Virus record (IMG/VR): IMGVR_UViG_3300037510_000248
Span: 1 to 55,632 of that record
DNA from: a virus
Taxonomy: Duplodnaviria > Caudoviricetes
Length of the DNA stretch: 55,632 nucleotides
Reading direction: 5' to 3' (one strand)
In this document: piece by piece, positions 38,171-47,105 of the stretch
Layout of the letters: each line of letters opens with the position of its first letter
How positions within the stretch are numbered: position 1 is the first letter of the stretch
Program-made: the position numbers and the translations under genes
The notes under the pieces: model-generated
What the model was told of the DNA's origin: nothing
Database searches by the model: none
What the model saw: only the letters and a program-made list of their open reading frames with translations

Positions 38171-38262
38171 TGGTACCGGGTTTATCCTACGCCCAGCTAT
38201 GGAGTCGAACCACGCAAACTACCCGGCCAACTCTAACCGTTGAGTTATCCAATGACGTAGGA
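38171..38262 (-). ncRNA. tRNA-like element B (D arm + T loop, no anticodon arm, CCA end)
   Basis: TAACTC-AACGGTTA-GAGT; GTGG-TTCGACT-CCAT; GCCGGGT pairs with terminal ACCCGGT-ACCA. Confidence 0.55.
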
Positions 38263-38268
38263 CTCTGC

Positions 38269-38348
38269 TGGTGGAGCACGAAGGAATTGAACCTTCACAC
38301 CGTCGTCCCCTGCTTTTTTAAGGCCTTGGGTCGGTCGTCCTATGCCCC
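38269..38348 (-). ncRNA. tRNA-like element A (G3:U70 Ala-type acceptor, intact T arm, CCA end)
   Basis: GGGGCAT/GTGCTCC-ACCA; GAAGG-TTCAATT-CCTTC; no canonical D or anticodon stems. Confidence 0.7.
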
Positions 38349-38468
38349 GTGTGCCACTCCACTGGAAAGATCCCAGCGAGCGGCATGACTACCTGCAGCG
38401 CCAGTCGGGGCGTAACACCCCGCGCTGGAATCGCCGCACGCATAGTCTAGCATGGCGGGTGGGCGGCG

Positions 38469-38891
38469 TCAAGAACCGGATAACAAAAGCATTTTTGGAT
38501 ACAGCTCTATCAGTTCCGGTGCGGCGACCTGGGCGGCGGTACGTCCATCCGGTAGCACGGCGTATTGAAAGAACGCCGCCCGCACGCCGTGAACTTTCGC
38601 GCTCACGCACTTGGCTTTCACGTCGTGATAGAGCATCGTGGCGGCCTGGATTTTCGCCGCCCGCTCGTTCTTCGTTTTGCTCGGCAGCACGGGCCACACA
38701 GCGCGGAATGTGTCGTCACCAAACGCAAATTCAAGCATAAACGCGGCGCGCCCGCCCTGGTTGCCGAACGCTTCGCTCACGACCTCACCGCCCGCCGCTC
38801 GGATCTCTGCCTTCGTTTTGTCGATCCACGTATCCGGCGCGCTGGTGCCGGTCTTCCAATAATTCACGTTTTCGGCGTAGAGCTCTTCCAT
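38469..38891 (-). CDS. Conserved hypothetical phage protein
   Basis: AAAGGAG RBS; QAA..LY..VKAK and AF..Y..LPDGRT motifs. Confidence 0.75.
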   Translation of the reverse strand: MEELYAENVNYWKTGTSAPDTWIDKTKAEIRAAGGEVVSEAFGNQGGRAAFMLEFAFGDDTFRAVWPVLPSKTKNERAAKIQAATMLYHDVKAKCVSAKVHGVRAAFFQYAVLPDGRTAAQVAAPELIELYPKMLLLSGS

Positions 38892-38939
38892 CCCTGAATC
38901 TCCTTTCGTTGCGTGTCCCAATTCCGCCCGCCGCTCCGT

Positions 38940-39620
38940 TCAATCTCGTAAGCCCCTCCCTTCTGCCGCGCGCCCTGGTTCAGCGTGATCAGGGCGTTGC
39001 TGTGTCGAGCGGGGCTTATGCCACGGCTTGAAAGCGCGCAGGGCGTCAATCGCAGGCCATTCACCAGTAAACGTGATCGCGCGATCGTCAATCGTAAGAA
39101 ACGCGGGCGGCTTCTCCGTCGGCCAGTGCAAATTGAGGAGCAATGCTGTTTTCGGAAGGGGCAATCCCATTCCTGCTTGGAGTTCGCGCCATGCGTTCTC
39201 GTGTACATGTATCCACTCCTGCATGGCATCGATCCCGCCTTCCTGGTGCGAACGTGACGAGTAAATATGCACGTCAAACGCAAAGATCGCCTCATACAGA
39301 AACGCAATTGCACCAGGTACGGGCGGGTCGGGAATGACGGTCGCGCCTTTCCATCCTGATGAATAAGAATGCAGTACACCGTCGAAGTCCACACAAAGAA
39401 TAGGCTTACTGACTGCATTAGTCATAGGAATCTCCTCTATCGTTAATTGACAACCATAAACACGCAGAAGTTTTTCGAGCGACTCCAACGACGGCGACGC
39501 CACCCCGCGCTCGATTTCTGAGATAAACGAAACCGATAGCCCCGACCATTTTGCGACATCCGCAAGCCGTAGCTTGCGTCCTTTGCGTGCCAACCGCAAC
39601 AACGGTGCTAGCTCGCTCAT
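38940..39620 (-). CDS. XRE HTH fused in frame to a HAD-family phosphatase (PNK/phosphatase-like)
   Basis: LADVAKWSGLSVSFISEIERG; CVDFDGVLH, SSR, EKP, IDDRA; internal GAGGAG RBS + ATG at 39425. Confidence 0.8.
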   Translation of the reverse strand: MSELAPLLRLARKGRKLRLADVAKWSGLSVSFISEIERGVASPSLESLEKLLRVYGCQLTIEEIPMTNAVSKPILCVDFDGVLHSYSSGWKGATVIPDPPVPGAIAFLYEAIFAFDVHIYSSRSHQEGGIDAMQEWIHVHENAWRELQAGMGLPLPKTALLLNLHWPTEKPPAFLTIDDRAITFTGEWPAIDALRAFKPWHKPRSTQQRPDHAEPGRAAEGRGLRD

Positions 39621-40080
39621 CGCTCTCCTCGCTTCCCTCGTAATCGCCGCCCGGCCATCGCGCCCGGCGTGCTGACGAACGTCGGCAGCAGCTCGACCGC
39701 GCCGCCCGCTTTCCACACAACGGTAAAATAGCCGCCGCAATAACGGCAAAGCACCGTATCGCCGGTCACGCGGCTGGCGAGGTCGCGCGGGGCCTGGCAG
39801 TGCGGGCAGGGGTGGGTGGTGGTGGGGTTGGTCATAACGGCAGCACCTCCTGCTGTGCGACTGGCGGCGCGCACACCGCACAATCCGATCGCCAATTATC
39901 GCGCACATACTGACATGTCACTCGGTCAACCGTGTAGCCCTGCCCAATGGCCCATGCCGCCTCTTTCGCGTTGTCGGCGCGGTGGTATGGCTCGTCTACG
40001 GCTGCCCACACAAAACAGCCGCACGCCTTACGGGCGATGTATGCCATCGGCTCAACCTCGGTGGTGGTATGCTCGCTCAT
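39617..40080 (-). other. Two small Cys-rich ORFs (39617-39835, 39832-40080)
   Basis: CxxC pairs; ATGA coupling. Confidence 0.55.
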
Positions 40081-40994
40081 CCCTCCCATCCTTCCTGCGG
40101 CTCATCGCCCGCCGCAATCCGTGCGCTCTCGCTGATCGACCACGCAACAATGCCATCAAGCGCCGCCTCGATCGCCTCTGCCCACGGCTTCCGACACCAG
40201 TGTGCCAGAATATACTCTTTCGTCGGCACGCTCGCGCTGACCATCGGCGCAATCTCCTTGGTCTGCCCGCCGCTGCCGCGCGCGACCTCCGCCCCGGCTG
40301 TGAGCGCAATCGCCACGGCGTAGTACGGCACGTCGATCGGCGGCTTCTGCATGTTCGCGCGGATCGGGTTCACGGCGTCGAGCACGTCGTAGTGCGCGAT
40401 CAGGGCGCTCAGCAGATCGCCGGTCAGCGTGCTCTTGAGCGTCAGCGTCAGCGGCTCGTGATAGCCGACCGCCAGTAGCTCTTGGACGTACACGCGTGCC
40501 CGGAGCACGCTCTGGCGGCGGCCATCCTCCAGCGTCCGCCAGCCGAACGCGATGCCATAGCGGGTCGCATCGTCGCGCATCTCGCTCATACTCTGAATGC
40601 CGGTGCAGGCGACGAACAGCGATGCGCACGGCAGCGCCCAGTGCGTGACGAGGTTGCCCTGCCCGTGCTTGATGACGACCGGCGTGAAGCTGGCGCGGCT
40701 GAGCGCATCGTCCAGCTCGGCGTCCTTGCCCGCCTCGATCAACCAACCGGCGTACAGCGTACGCTCCTTGGTTTGTAAGCCGGTCGCCCACTGGAGCGGC
40801 GGCGTGGTCACGACCGGCTGCGGGCGGCGGGCTGGGCCGCGCGTGAACGCCACGGGCTCGCGCTCCGCCAGCAGCCGGTCGGCGGCGGGCTCGGCGTGGG
40901 CGTCGTCCGCGGTGATCGGGCCGGGCAGTTCGGCGTAGGGGTGCGCGGTATTCGTGCGTGCGTTGGGACGGGTGACGGATTTGAGATCGGTCAT
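40077..40994 (-). CDS. Hypothetical protein, possibly ssDNA-binding/recombination
   Basis: Large early-left ORF with acidic C-terminus; function is inference only. Confidence 0.6.
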   Translation of the reverse strand: MTDLKSVTRPNARTNTAHPYAELPGPITADDAHAEPAADRLLAEREPVAFTRGPARRPQPVVTTPPLQWATGLQTKERTLYAGWLIEAGKDAELDDALSRASFTPVVIKHGQGNLVTHWALPCASLFVACTGIQSMSEMRDDATRYGIAFGWRTLEDGRRQSVLRARVYVQELLAVGYHEPLTLTLKSTLTGDLLSALIAHYDVLDAVNPIRANMQKPPIDVPYYAVAIALTAGAEVARGSGGQTKEIAPMVSASVPTKEYILAHWCRKPWAEAIEAALDGIVAWSISESARIAAGDEPQEGWEG

Positions 40995-41030
40995 GGGGTG
41001 CTCGCTTTCTTGAAAGGCAGTATACATCAG

Positions 41031-41519
41031 CTAGGTCAAATACAACACGGTGTTCTTCTCGTTCCTGGCTTTGCTGTCCAGGATGCGCCGCTCAGCGGCG
41101 ACCAACATCGTGTCCAGGCAGCGCCCGCCCGGCTGCACGCACGCGGTCGCGGTCAGCCCCACGGCTGCCAGCCGCGCCGCCGCGATGTCGAGCACGTGGT
41201 CGGCGCTACCAGACGGGCAACTCAGCACCAGTTCGTCGCCGCCGCGCTTCACAACAATGATGCCATCGGTCATGCGGAACGCGATCCACACGCTGCGCAT
41301 ATGGTCATCGGCGGCGGTGTGTCCGTGCGCCGTGTTGTGTGCCTTGAAGTTGTCAATGTCCAGCAGGATCAAATCGCGGCGACGGCGGTCGTAACGCACG
41401 AGTGGCAAGCCAGCGGCGGCGGTCAAGATGCCATAGTTCGGGTCGCGTGCTAGGTAGCGCAGCGCGACCAGCAGGGCCAGGATGATCTCGGTTTGCAGGA
41501 GTGCGATGATGATGTACAA
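41031..41519 (-). CDS. Membrane-anchored GGDEF-domain protein (diguanylate cyclase-like)
   Basis: N-terminal TM; D..YG.L; LLDIDNFKAHN..HGH..AD; RGGDEL; A.....SK...KN. Confidence 0.85.
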   Translation of the reverse strand: MYIIIALLQTEIILALLVALRYLARDPNYGILTAAAGLPLVRYDRRRRDLILLDIDNFKAHNTAHGHTAADDHMRSVWIAFRMTDGIIVVKRGGDELVLSCPSGSADHVLDIAAARLAAVGLTATACVQPGGRCLDTMLVAAERRILDSKARNEKNTVLYLT

Positions 41520-41543
41520 TGCAGTAGGCCTTTCAGGAGGCTT

Positions 41544-41590
41544 AGGCGGCGCGACACGAAACTTTGGTAGGGGACGTGTCGCACCGCCGA
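41544..41590 (-). promoter_or_regulatory. GC-rich hairpin upstream of the GGDEF gene
   Basis: GGCGGTGCGACACG...CGTGTCGCGCCGCC stem with CTACCAAAG in the loop. Confidence 0.5.
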
Positions 41591-41593
41591 TTC

Positions 41594-43839
41594 TTACGTC
41601 TCGGGTCCGTCGTCGATGAGTCCGCCGCGCGTCAGGGCTTTCCGCAGCGCAGCGAGGGTGGCAGGGTCGGCGTGCGGGCGCACGGCGGGCGGTGGCGGCG
41701 CGGGGGCCGGACGGCCCGTTTTGGCCTCCGCGATTGCGCGGATCTGGTCAGCGTGCGTGGGCGGGTCATTCGGCATGGGGCGCTCCTGTGGGCTTCTTCA
41801 ACGTTTCGATCGCGGCAGCGAACGCGTCACCGCGCTTCATGCCTTTGGTCTGCATCAACATCCGCGCGCGGTTCAGCACGCGCTGTTCGTCGGTCAATGG
41901 CTCTTGTTTCACGTATCTACTCCGCTTGTCATATCAATTGGTCTGGCGCGCCGGCGGGGCCATCCCCGCGCCCGCTGCGAGCCCCGGCGCACCTGCGATG
42001 GGTGGCTAGGTGGGGTCGGCGTATAACTGCTGCTTAGCCTTTCGGTACGCCGCGATAATAACGGCGCGATGTTCGGCACTCTCTGATGCCTGCTTCATTT
42101 GAAACATATGCTTGCCCCAACTGATCTCAAACTTTGGGTCGTTCAGTGAACTGAGCAACCAGTTGATGCCACTCATACGGTAGTACGCCTGATTAAATGC
42201 CTCCGCGCGCCCGTCGTTCACGGCGGTTTCTATGATGGTCATCAGTACGCTTGTGATGCTTTTACCGTAGAGAAACTCAACTGGAGAAAGCCGCTCGTCT
42301 GCCATCATCATTTCCTTTTCAACATCTAATCGTTCACGCCGCCCGCCCGCCGCTGCTGCGCCCGCATCGTGTCCAGCGCCTGCGCCGTGCGCGCGAGGGC
42401 CGCGTGGAAGCGCTCGTGGGCGTCGGTGAGCACCCGCGGCTCGGGGCGTGCGGGGGTTGAGTGCTCGCAGCGGGTGCCGTAGATCGTTCTCATGAGCCTG
42501 CCTCAACAATCAGTGCGCTGCGCGGCTCCATTGCGGCGATAATGCGCCACGGACAGACAACCCTAGTGCCGAGCCGCACGTACGATGCATCGTTACACAC
42601 ACCTGCGAGGAATAGGTCACGAGATTCGTTGTTCTCGAAATCGAATACATCCCGTCGTTCAAGCGTTGCTGTCCATCCGCGATCCTCGCACACCTGCGCG
42701 ATAGCTGACCAGCGCTCACCGGGATAGGTTGTCCAGATCTGTGCTGAGTCGTTGACCGTGATGCGGTATGTGGTGCTGTCACTCATTCGTACACACTTTC
42801 CGGCTCCACTGACCACACCACCTGCGTGAGCTGCCACACCCGCACGTCCTCGTCGTCACAGATGATCAACCGCCCGCCATCGTTGACCACGTGCGCCGGG
42901 AGATGCATGTTCCGCGCGAGGTCGGCGGCGAGCTGCTGGGCGGCGTCGAGGGTCAGCGGCGGGTTGTGGAGGATGGATCGCGCAGCGGTGTCGCCGTGCC
43001 GCGTGGCCGTGGCGATGAGCTCCGCCGCGCGGTCGGCGATGGTGGTGGTGGTCGGAAGGATGAGCATGGCGCGGGCCTCCTACTTAGTTAACATCCAAGG
43101 GCGGATGCTTTTGGCTTTGTTGAGTGCGCCGGCCTTTGTCTTCCGAATCCACTGAAAATAGCTGGTCTTCTTGCCGTTGAAAATGACGTAGGGAAGCCAT
43201 GCGCCGCTGGGGCGCTGTTCCGCGCCATACTCGATCTCTTCACTCATGATTATTTTGCTCCTTTGATTGCGATGTAGCACAGACCCTTTGCCATCGCCTG
43301 CGCCACGGCGTCGGGAATGCCGAACTTCTTTGCCGCCTCGTATTTGTCCTGCTCCGTGATGGTCTGGATGATGATTGTCCGCTTGCGCGTTGTGTGGGTG
43401 AGTTGATCGTCAATCATGGCCAGCATTACACTTCCCCGAACGTGTGATAATCCGTGCCTGGCGTGAATGGCGCCGGGCCGTCCTCTGCCTTGAGTGCTTC
43501 GGCCATCGTCTTGCCCGCGCGGAGGGCGGACATCATCCGCTGAATCCGCTCGGCGGCGTCCTGGCCCTTCGCCCTGCGCGCCGGCCCGTAGTGGTAGCTG
43601 GGGGTGCTCTGACGCTCCAGCGCCTCATCGCCCATGCGGCTCATCTACTTGCTCGCTTTCTTGAATGCGTCGGCCATCGCCTTCGCCTCGTCCACACGAC
43701 CCTCGGCCAGTTTCACCTGGATCGCCAGTAGCACCGTGCGCGGGTCTAGCTGCGCGACCTCGCGGCTGGCCTCGTCAGCGGCGAAGCGCTGGGCGGCGTC
43801 GGCGGCGTCGGTGTGGCGGCGGAGGAGCGGTGCGGTCAT
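41594..43839 (-). other. Early-left operon small hypothetical ORFs (41594-41776, 42006-42311, 42490-42786, 42783-43067, 43080-43247, 43250-43426, 43426-43644, 43645-43839)
   Basis: Tightly packed, mostly coupled ORFs downstream of PL. Confidence 0.6.
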
Positions 43840-43872
43840 GGTCGTGGGCCTTTCGGGTGATGGGTGTGTACT

Positions 43873-43917
43873 GCAACTTGTTACACATAGTATACAGCAA
43901 CTAGTTGCGTATGTCAA
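43873..43917 (-). promoter_or_regulatory. PL-like early promoter with CI operator
   Basis: TTGACA-17 bp-TATACT; palindrome GCAACTAGTTGC at 43897-43908; weaker site at 43873-43884. Confidence 0.85.
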
Positions 43918-43970
43918 GCAAGAATTTGCGCTTTTGAGGCTGATCCGAGGGCCAATTTTGGGCACAACAA

Positions 43971-44000
43971 AGCCCCTGATCGATTAGTCGATCAGGGGCT
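43971..44000 (-). terminator. Intrinsic terminator after immunity-region genes
   Basis: AGCCCCTGATCGA-ttag-TCGATCAGGGGCT followed by a T-rich tail on the - strand. Confidence 0.8.
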
Positions 44001-44069
44001 ATAGCGGAAGGGTCATCGCGCGCCGACCTTGCACATCAGCGCACTAGGCCATCGGGTTAGGGGACGGCG

Positions 44070-44510
44070 CTACTCTTTGCGCTCGGCACCCAGCGCAGCA
44101 TAGGTCGCCGCACTCGTAATGAGCGGCTTCTGGCAGTGCTTGCAGGTGGTCGCGTCCGATCGCACTCCACCGTTGCAAGCTGAGCACACAAACCCGCCCG
44201 CGCCGTTTGGTACCACCCGCGCCACGTTGCTCGGCAGTTCGATCGCCTCAACCGGCTGGTGACAGAAGCGGCAGATCGTCGCCTCGGGGCGGATCATCTC
44301 ACCACAGTGCGGGCATTTCTTCGCCTGCCCGGCCGCCAGCTGCTGCTGCTCAATCGCAACCGGATTTGGTTTCGTGACGAGTGCCAGTACCACGCCAATC
44401 GGGCCAAGCAACGCGCCGATAAGCCCGCCGGTCACTGGACTGCCGCCCTTACCTTGATAAATTGCAGCACTCACGATAATGCAAACAACCCAGATAATAA
44501 GATAAATCAT
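44070..44510 (-). CDS. Membrane protein with double Zn-ribbon (lysogen-expressed, possible exclusion factor)
   Basis: 2 TM, LLGPIG; KKCPHCGE.I..EATICRFC repeated. Confidence 0.8.
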   Translation of the reverse strand: MIYLIIWVVCIIVSAAIYQGKGGSPVTGGLIGALLGPIGVVLALVTKPNPVAIEQQQLAAGQAKKCPHCGEMIRPEATICRFCHQPVEAIELPSNVARVVPNGAGGFVCSACNGGVRSDATTCKHCQKPLITSAATYAALGAERKE

Positions 44511-44769
44511 CGATTCCCTCCATGCTTCATTGCCTATCGCCGGGAATACTACCGCCGTGTGTAGTGAGGTCGAGCATACGCACAGGCTTTGCGTCGGAAA
44601 TATCCTGACACTGATCCTTGACCGTTAGGCCAATCTCATGATATGCTTTCCCGACCTTCTCGGATTTCCGCTCTAGCGCCTGGCGCGGTTGTGCGCCGAT
44701 CGCGCGCCTCTGGACTCCGTGCCGCGCCTCGCACGCCGCCCACCGACGCTATCCCCAAGAGGATCACCG

Positions 44770-45003
44770 ATGATGCTGCGTCTCTTCGTAGGCCACGCCC
44801 TCTTCCTTGCGGCTGGGGTCGCCTCTGTTTGTTTGGATAGCCTGATCTACCGAATTACGTGCGTTCTCATCTTGGTTGCGTTTAGGATCTGGTGGACGAG
44901 ATCATTGCTCGTAAAGACCGCCCAAATACAGCTCGATCGGAGCGAGCATACAATTGACCTCGTTATTGCGAGGCTGATCGGCGGCCATCTAGATATGCCA
45001 TAA
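44770..45003 (+). CDS. Small membrane protein convergent with and overlapping the cI 3' end
   Basis: AAGAGG RBS; two hydrophobic segments; candidate promoter at 44618-44647. Confidence 0.45.
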   Translation: MMLRLFVGHALFLAAGVASVCLDSLIYRITCVLILVAFRIWWTRSLLVKTAQIQLDRSEHTIDLVIARLIGGHLDMP

Positions 45004-45436
45004 CCATATCAAGTACCGCTGGGTCGGTCTGTGCATCAGCGCGCAACTGCTGAATGACCTGACCCAGCTTCACCGGATCGTCTTCACCCTTTGCAACCAC
45101 ATACTCTATCTTTTCTCGTATACGTGTAACCTGTGCTTGCTGCTCGGGCGTAAATCGCACCCAGTCACGCGCCATTTGCGTGGCCTGTTCCTCGGATGCG
45201 TTCTCAAAACTACCCAAGTGGTCAAAGGCACCACCCAGAAACTTGATTGCGCGAATAAGGGCAGGTGCTTTTATATCTTTTATCGTGTTGCCCGCCTCCC
45301 ATGCAATATAGGTTCGACGCGCCACATGTATAGCGTCAGCCACAACATCTTGGCTTAAATTTCGTTCCGATCGAAGCGTCCTGATATAGGCACGCACCGC
45401 ATTCGACTCAGCCATACCAATCCTCAGTATTTCCAT
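44963..45436 (-). CDS. cI: CI-like XRE repressor
   Basis: LRSERNLSQDVVADAIHVARRTYIAWEAG; divergent from cro; no S24 peptidase domain evident. Confidence 0.85.
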   Translation of the reverse strand: MEILRIGMAESNAVRAYIRTLRSERNLSQDVVADAIHVARRTYIAWEAGNTIKDIKAPALIRAIKFLGGAFDHLGSFENASEEQATQMARDWVRFTPEQQAQVTRIREKIEYVVAKGEDDPVKLGQVIQQLRADAQTDPAVLDMVMAYLDGRRSASQ

Positions 45437-45465
45437 AGAGACCCCCCCTTCATCATAGCACTTAC

Positions 45466-45539
45466 GCAACTATTTGCATAGTGCATGTTCCTGCTTGACA
45501 ACTGCAATTTCATGCTGTATCATAGGTGCAACTACTTGC
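45466..45539 (+). promoter_or_regulatory. PR promoter and OR operators
   Basis: TTGACA(45495)-17 bp-TATCAT; GCAACTATTTGC, GCAATTTCATGC, GCAACTACTTGC. Confidence 0.85.
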
Positions 45540-45554
45540 GAGAGGAAAGCAACT

Positions 45555-45797
45555 ATGAACACGAAACAGCACCCCTGGCCGAACTTCAGAAATGCACTCT
45601 TGGATCTTGCTCCGACGAACCGAGAGCGTGCCGAGATGCTTGGCTGCTCTGAGCGCACTGTCGCCTACTACCTCAGCGGACTGATGCTGCCTCCTGTCGA
45701 GAAGGTCAAGCGCTACCCCTCGCTTGATCGTGCGCTTACTCTTGATGTTGCTCCACATATCGATCATGCCGCCCCCGCCGAATCGGTGGCGGCATGA
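45555..45797 (+). CDS. cro: Cro-like HTH protein
   Basis: GAGG RBS; TNRERAEMLGCSERTVAYYLSG. Confidence 0.8.
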   Translation: MNTKQHPWPNFRNALLDLAPTNRERAEMLGCSERTVAYYLSGLMLPPVEKVKRYPSLDRALTLDVAPHIDHAAPAESVAA

Positions 45798-46120
45798 TCG
45801 ATCTCCACATCACATCGGGCATTTACTGCCTGATCAACAAGGTCAATCTCAAGATGTATATCGGGCAGTCGCGCAACATCGAATCCCGCGTGTATGGGCA
45901 TATTGCGCAGCTCATCAATGGGCTACATCCCACCGCAGCATTGCAGGCGGATTGGGACAGACTCGGCGCAGATGCCTTTGAAGCGCAGGTGCTCGTCGTT
46001 GAAACGAGCAAGGCCCAGCGCGAAAAGATTGAAGAAATTTTCATTCACGCCTATCAAGCACTTGACCCGAGTTTTGGCTACAACCTGCCGAAAGGCCGAA
46101 CCCGTCAGCAACCCATTTGA
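45794..46120 (+). CDS. Stand-alone GIY-YIG nuclease domain
   Basis: SGIYCLIN...MYIGQS.NI..R ... E ... GYN. Confidence 0.88.
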   Translation: MIDLHITSGIYCLINKVNLKMYIGQSRNIESRVYGHIAQLINGLHPTAALQADWDRLGADAFEAQVLVVETSKAQREKIEEIFIHAYQALDPSFGYNLPKGRTRQQPI

Positions 46121-46162
46121 GCAGCAGCCCGACGCCGAACCCGTCGCCGTCTGAGCAGTACC

Positions 46163-46388
46163 AGGAGACCCATCGCTATGAACGATCACTTCCCATTCAG
46201 CCTATTCGATGCCGACTTCTATCGCGGCTGGCTGCCGCGCAGCAATCCGTACGGGCGCATCGGCGTGCGTGGCTTCACATTCATCGCCTCGCCCAAAGCC
46301 AAGCAGCGCAAGCGCTCGGCGGCCAAGGCGGCGCGACGGAACACCCAGCACGCCCGCCGATTGACGAAGTAGGAGACCCATCGCTATG
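46163..46388 (+). repeat. 18-bp exact direct repeat AGGAGACCCATCGCTATG (RBS+start) flanking ORF 46178-46372
   Basis: Copies at 46163-46180 and 46371-46388. Confidence 0.9.
46178..46372 (+). CDS. Small basic hypothetical protein
   Basis: AGGAG RBS. Confidence 0.6.
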   Translation: MNDHFPFSLFDADFYRGWLPRSNPYGRIGVRGFTFIASPKAKQRKRSAAKAARRNTQHARRLTK

Positions 46389-46622
46389 CAGCATGCCATT
46401 GAGGCCATCGAGCGCATCACCGCCCGGCGGCGGGTCATCACGGACGCGCATCTGTTCGCGCTGGCGGATGTCGCGTTCTTCGAGCGCCTCATCACGGCGC
46501 GGATGGAGATCGCGCTGCTGGAGCGGGTGGGACGACCAATCGCCGCACGGACGCTGCGCGAGCAGGTGCTGTGCGAGCTTGAGGCGTGGCTGATGCCAAA
46601 GGAGACTACACATGTATCGTAA
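46386..46622 (+). CDS. Hypothetical protein
   Basis: AGGAG RBS. Confidence 0.6.
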   Translation: MQHAIEAIERITARRRVITDAHLFALADVAFFERLITARMEIALLERVGRPIAARTLREQVLCELEAWLMPKETTHVS

Positions 46623-46776
46623 AGAAATCATCTATGACCGCGAGACTCGCGACTACGCGATGTACCTGGATGGCGAGCTGGTTGGCTTCGCGCGCACGTA
46701 CAGCGACGCCGATGCCACGCTCGATCAGCTGATCGCAGAGTTGGCGACCGCGCACACGTTCAAGGAGTCGGCATGA
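46612..46776 (+). CDS. 54-aa protein MYRKEIIYDRETRDYAMYLDGELVGFARTY...
   Basis: AAGGAG RBS; below ORF-track cutoff; recalled resemblance to a conserved Chloroflexales small protein. Confidence 0.7.
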   Translation: MYRKEIIYDRETRDYAMYLDGELVGFARTYSDADATLDQLIAELATAHTFKESA

Positions 46777-47030
46777 AGCGCGCCGCCTGCATCAAGCACT
46801 ACGGCACCGCTGTCTCTGATCGTCGCGTGCGTCAGGTCTGGGCGGCGCTCACCGCCAACCCGCACGCGTCGATACAGGAGATCGCGCAGCAGCTGGACTA
46901 TCGCGCGCCGGGATGCATCCACGCCGCGCTGCACATGCTGCGCGACATGGGCTACATTGCCTTCGACAATCGGGCGGTGCGCGCCAGGACGGTGATTGTG
47001 CCGTTCCATGTGTCCAGGACGGATTCGTAA
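46773..47030 (+). CDS. LexA-like winged-HTH protein
   Basis: SIQEIAQQL....IH.AL..L..MGYI....RAR. Confidence 0.75.
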   Translation: MKRAACIKHYGTAVSDRRVRQVWAALTANPHASIQEIAQQLDYRAPGCIHAALHMLRDMGYIAFDNRAVRARTVIVPFHVSRTDS

Positions 47031-47105
47031 GGTACGACCAAGCCTAGCATACGCGATTGCGCCGCCCCGCTCAAGCCAAACCATACACGATAAGGGGACG
47101 TTTCT

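Noticed and set aside
38093-38348. Calling the three elements functional decoding tRNAs
   Set aside because: Anticodon arms are absent or non-canonical (no U33, 9-nt loop, unpaired stems)
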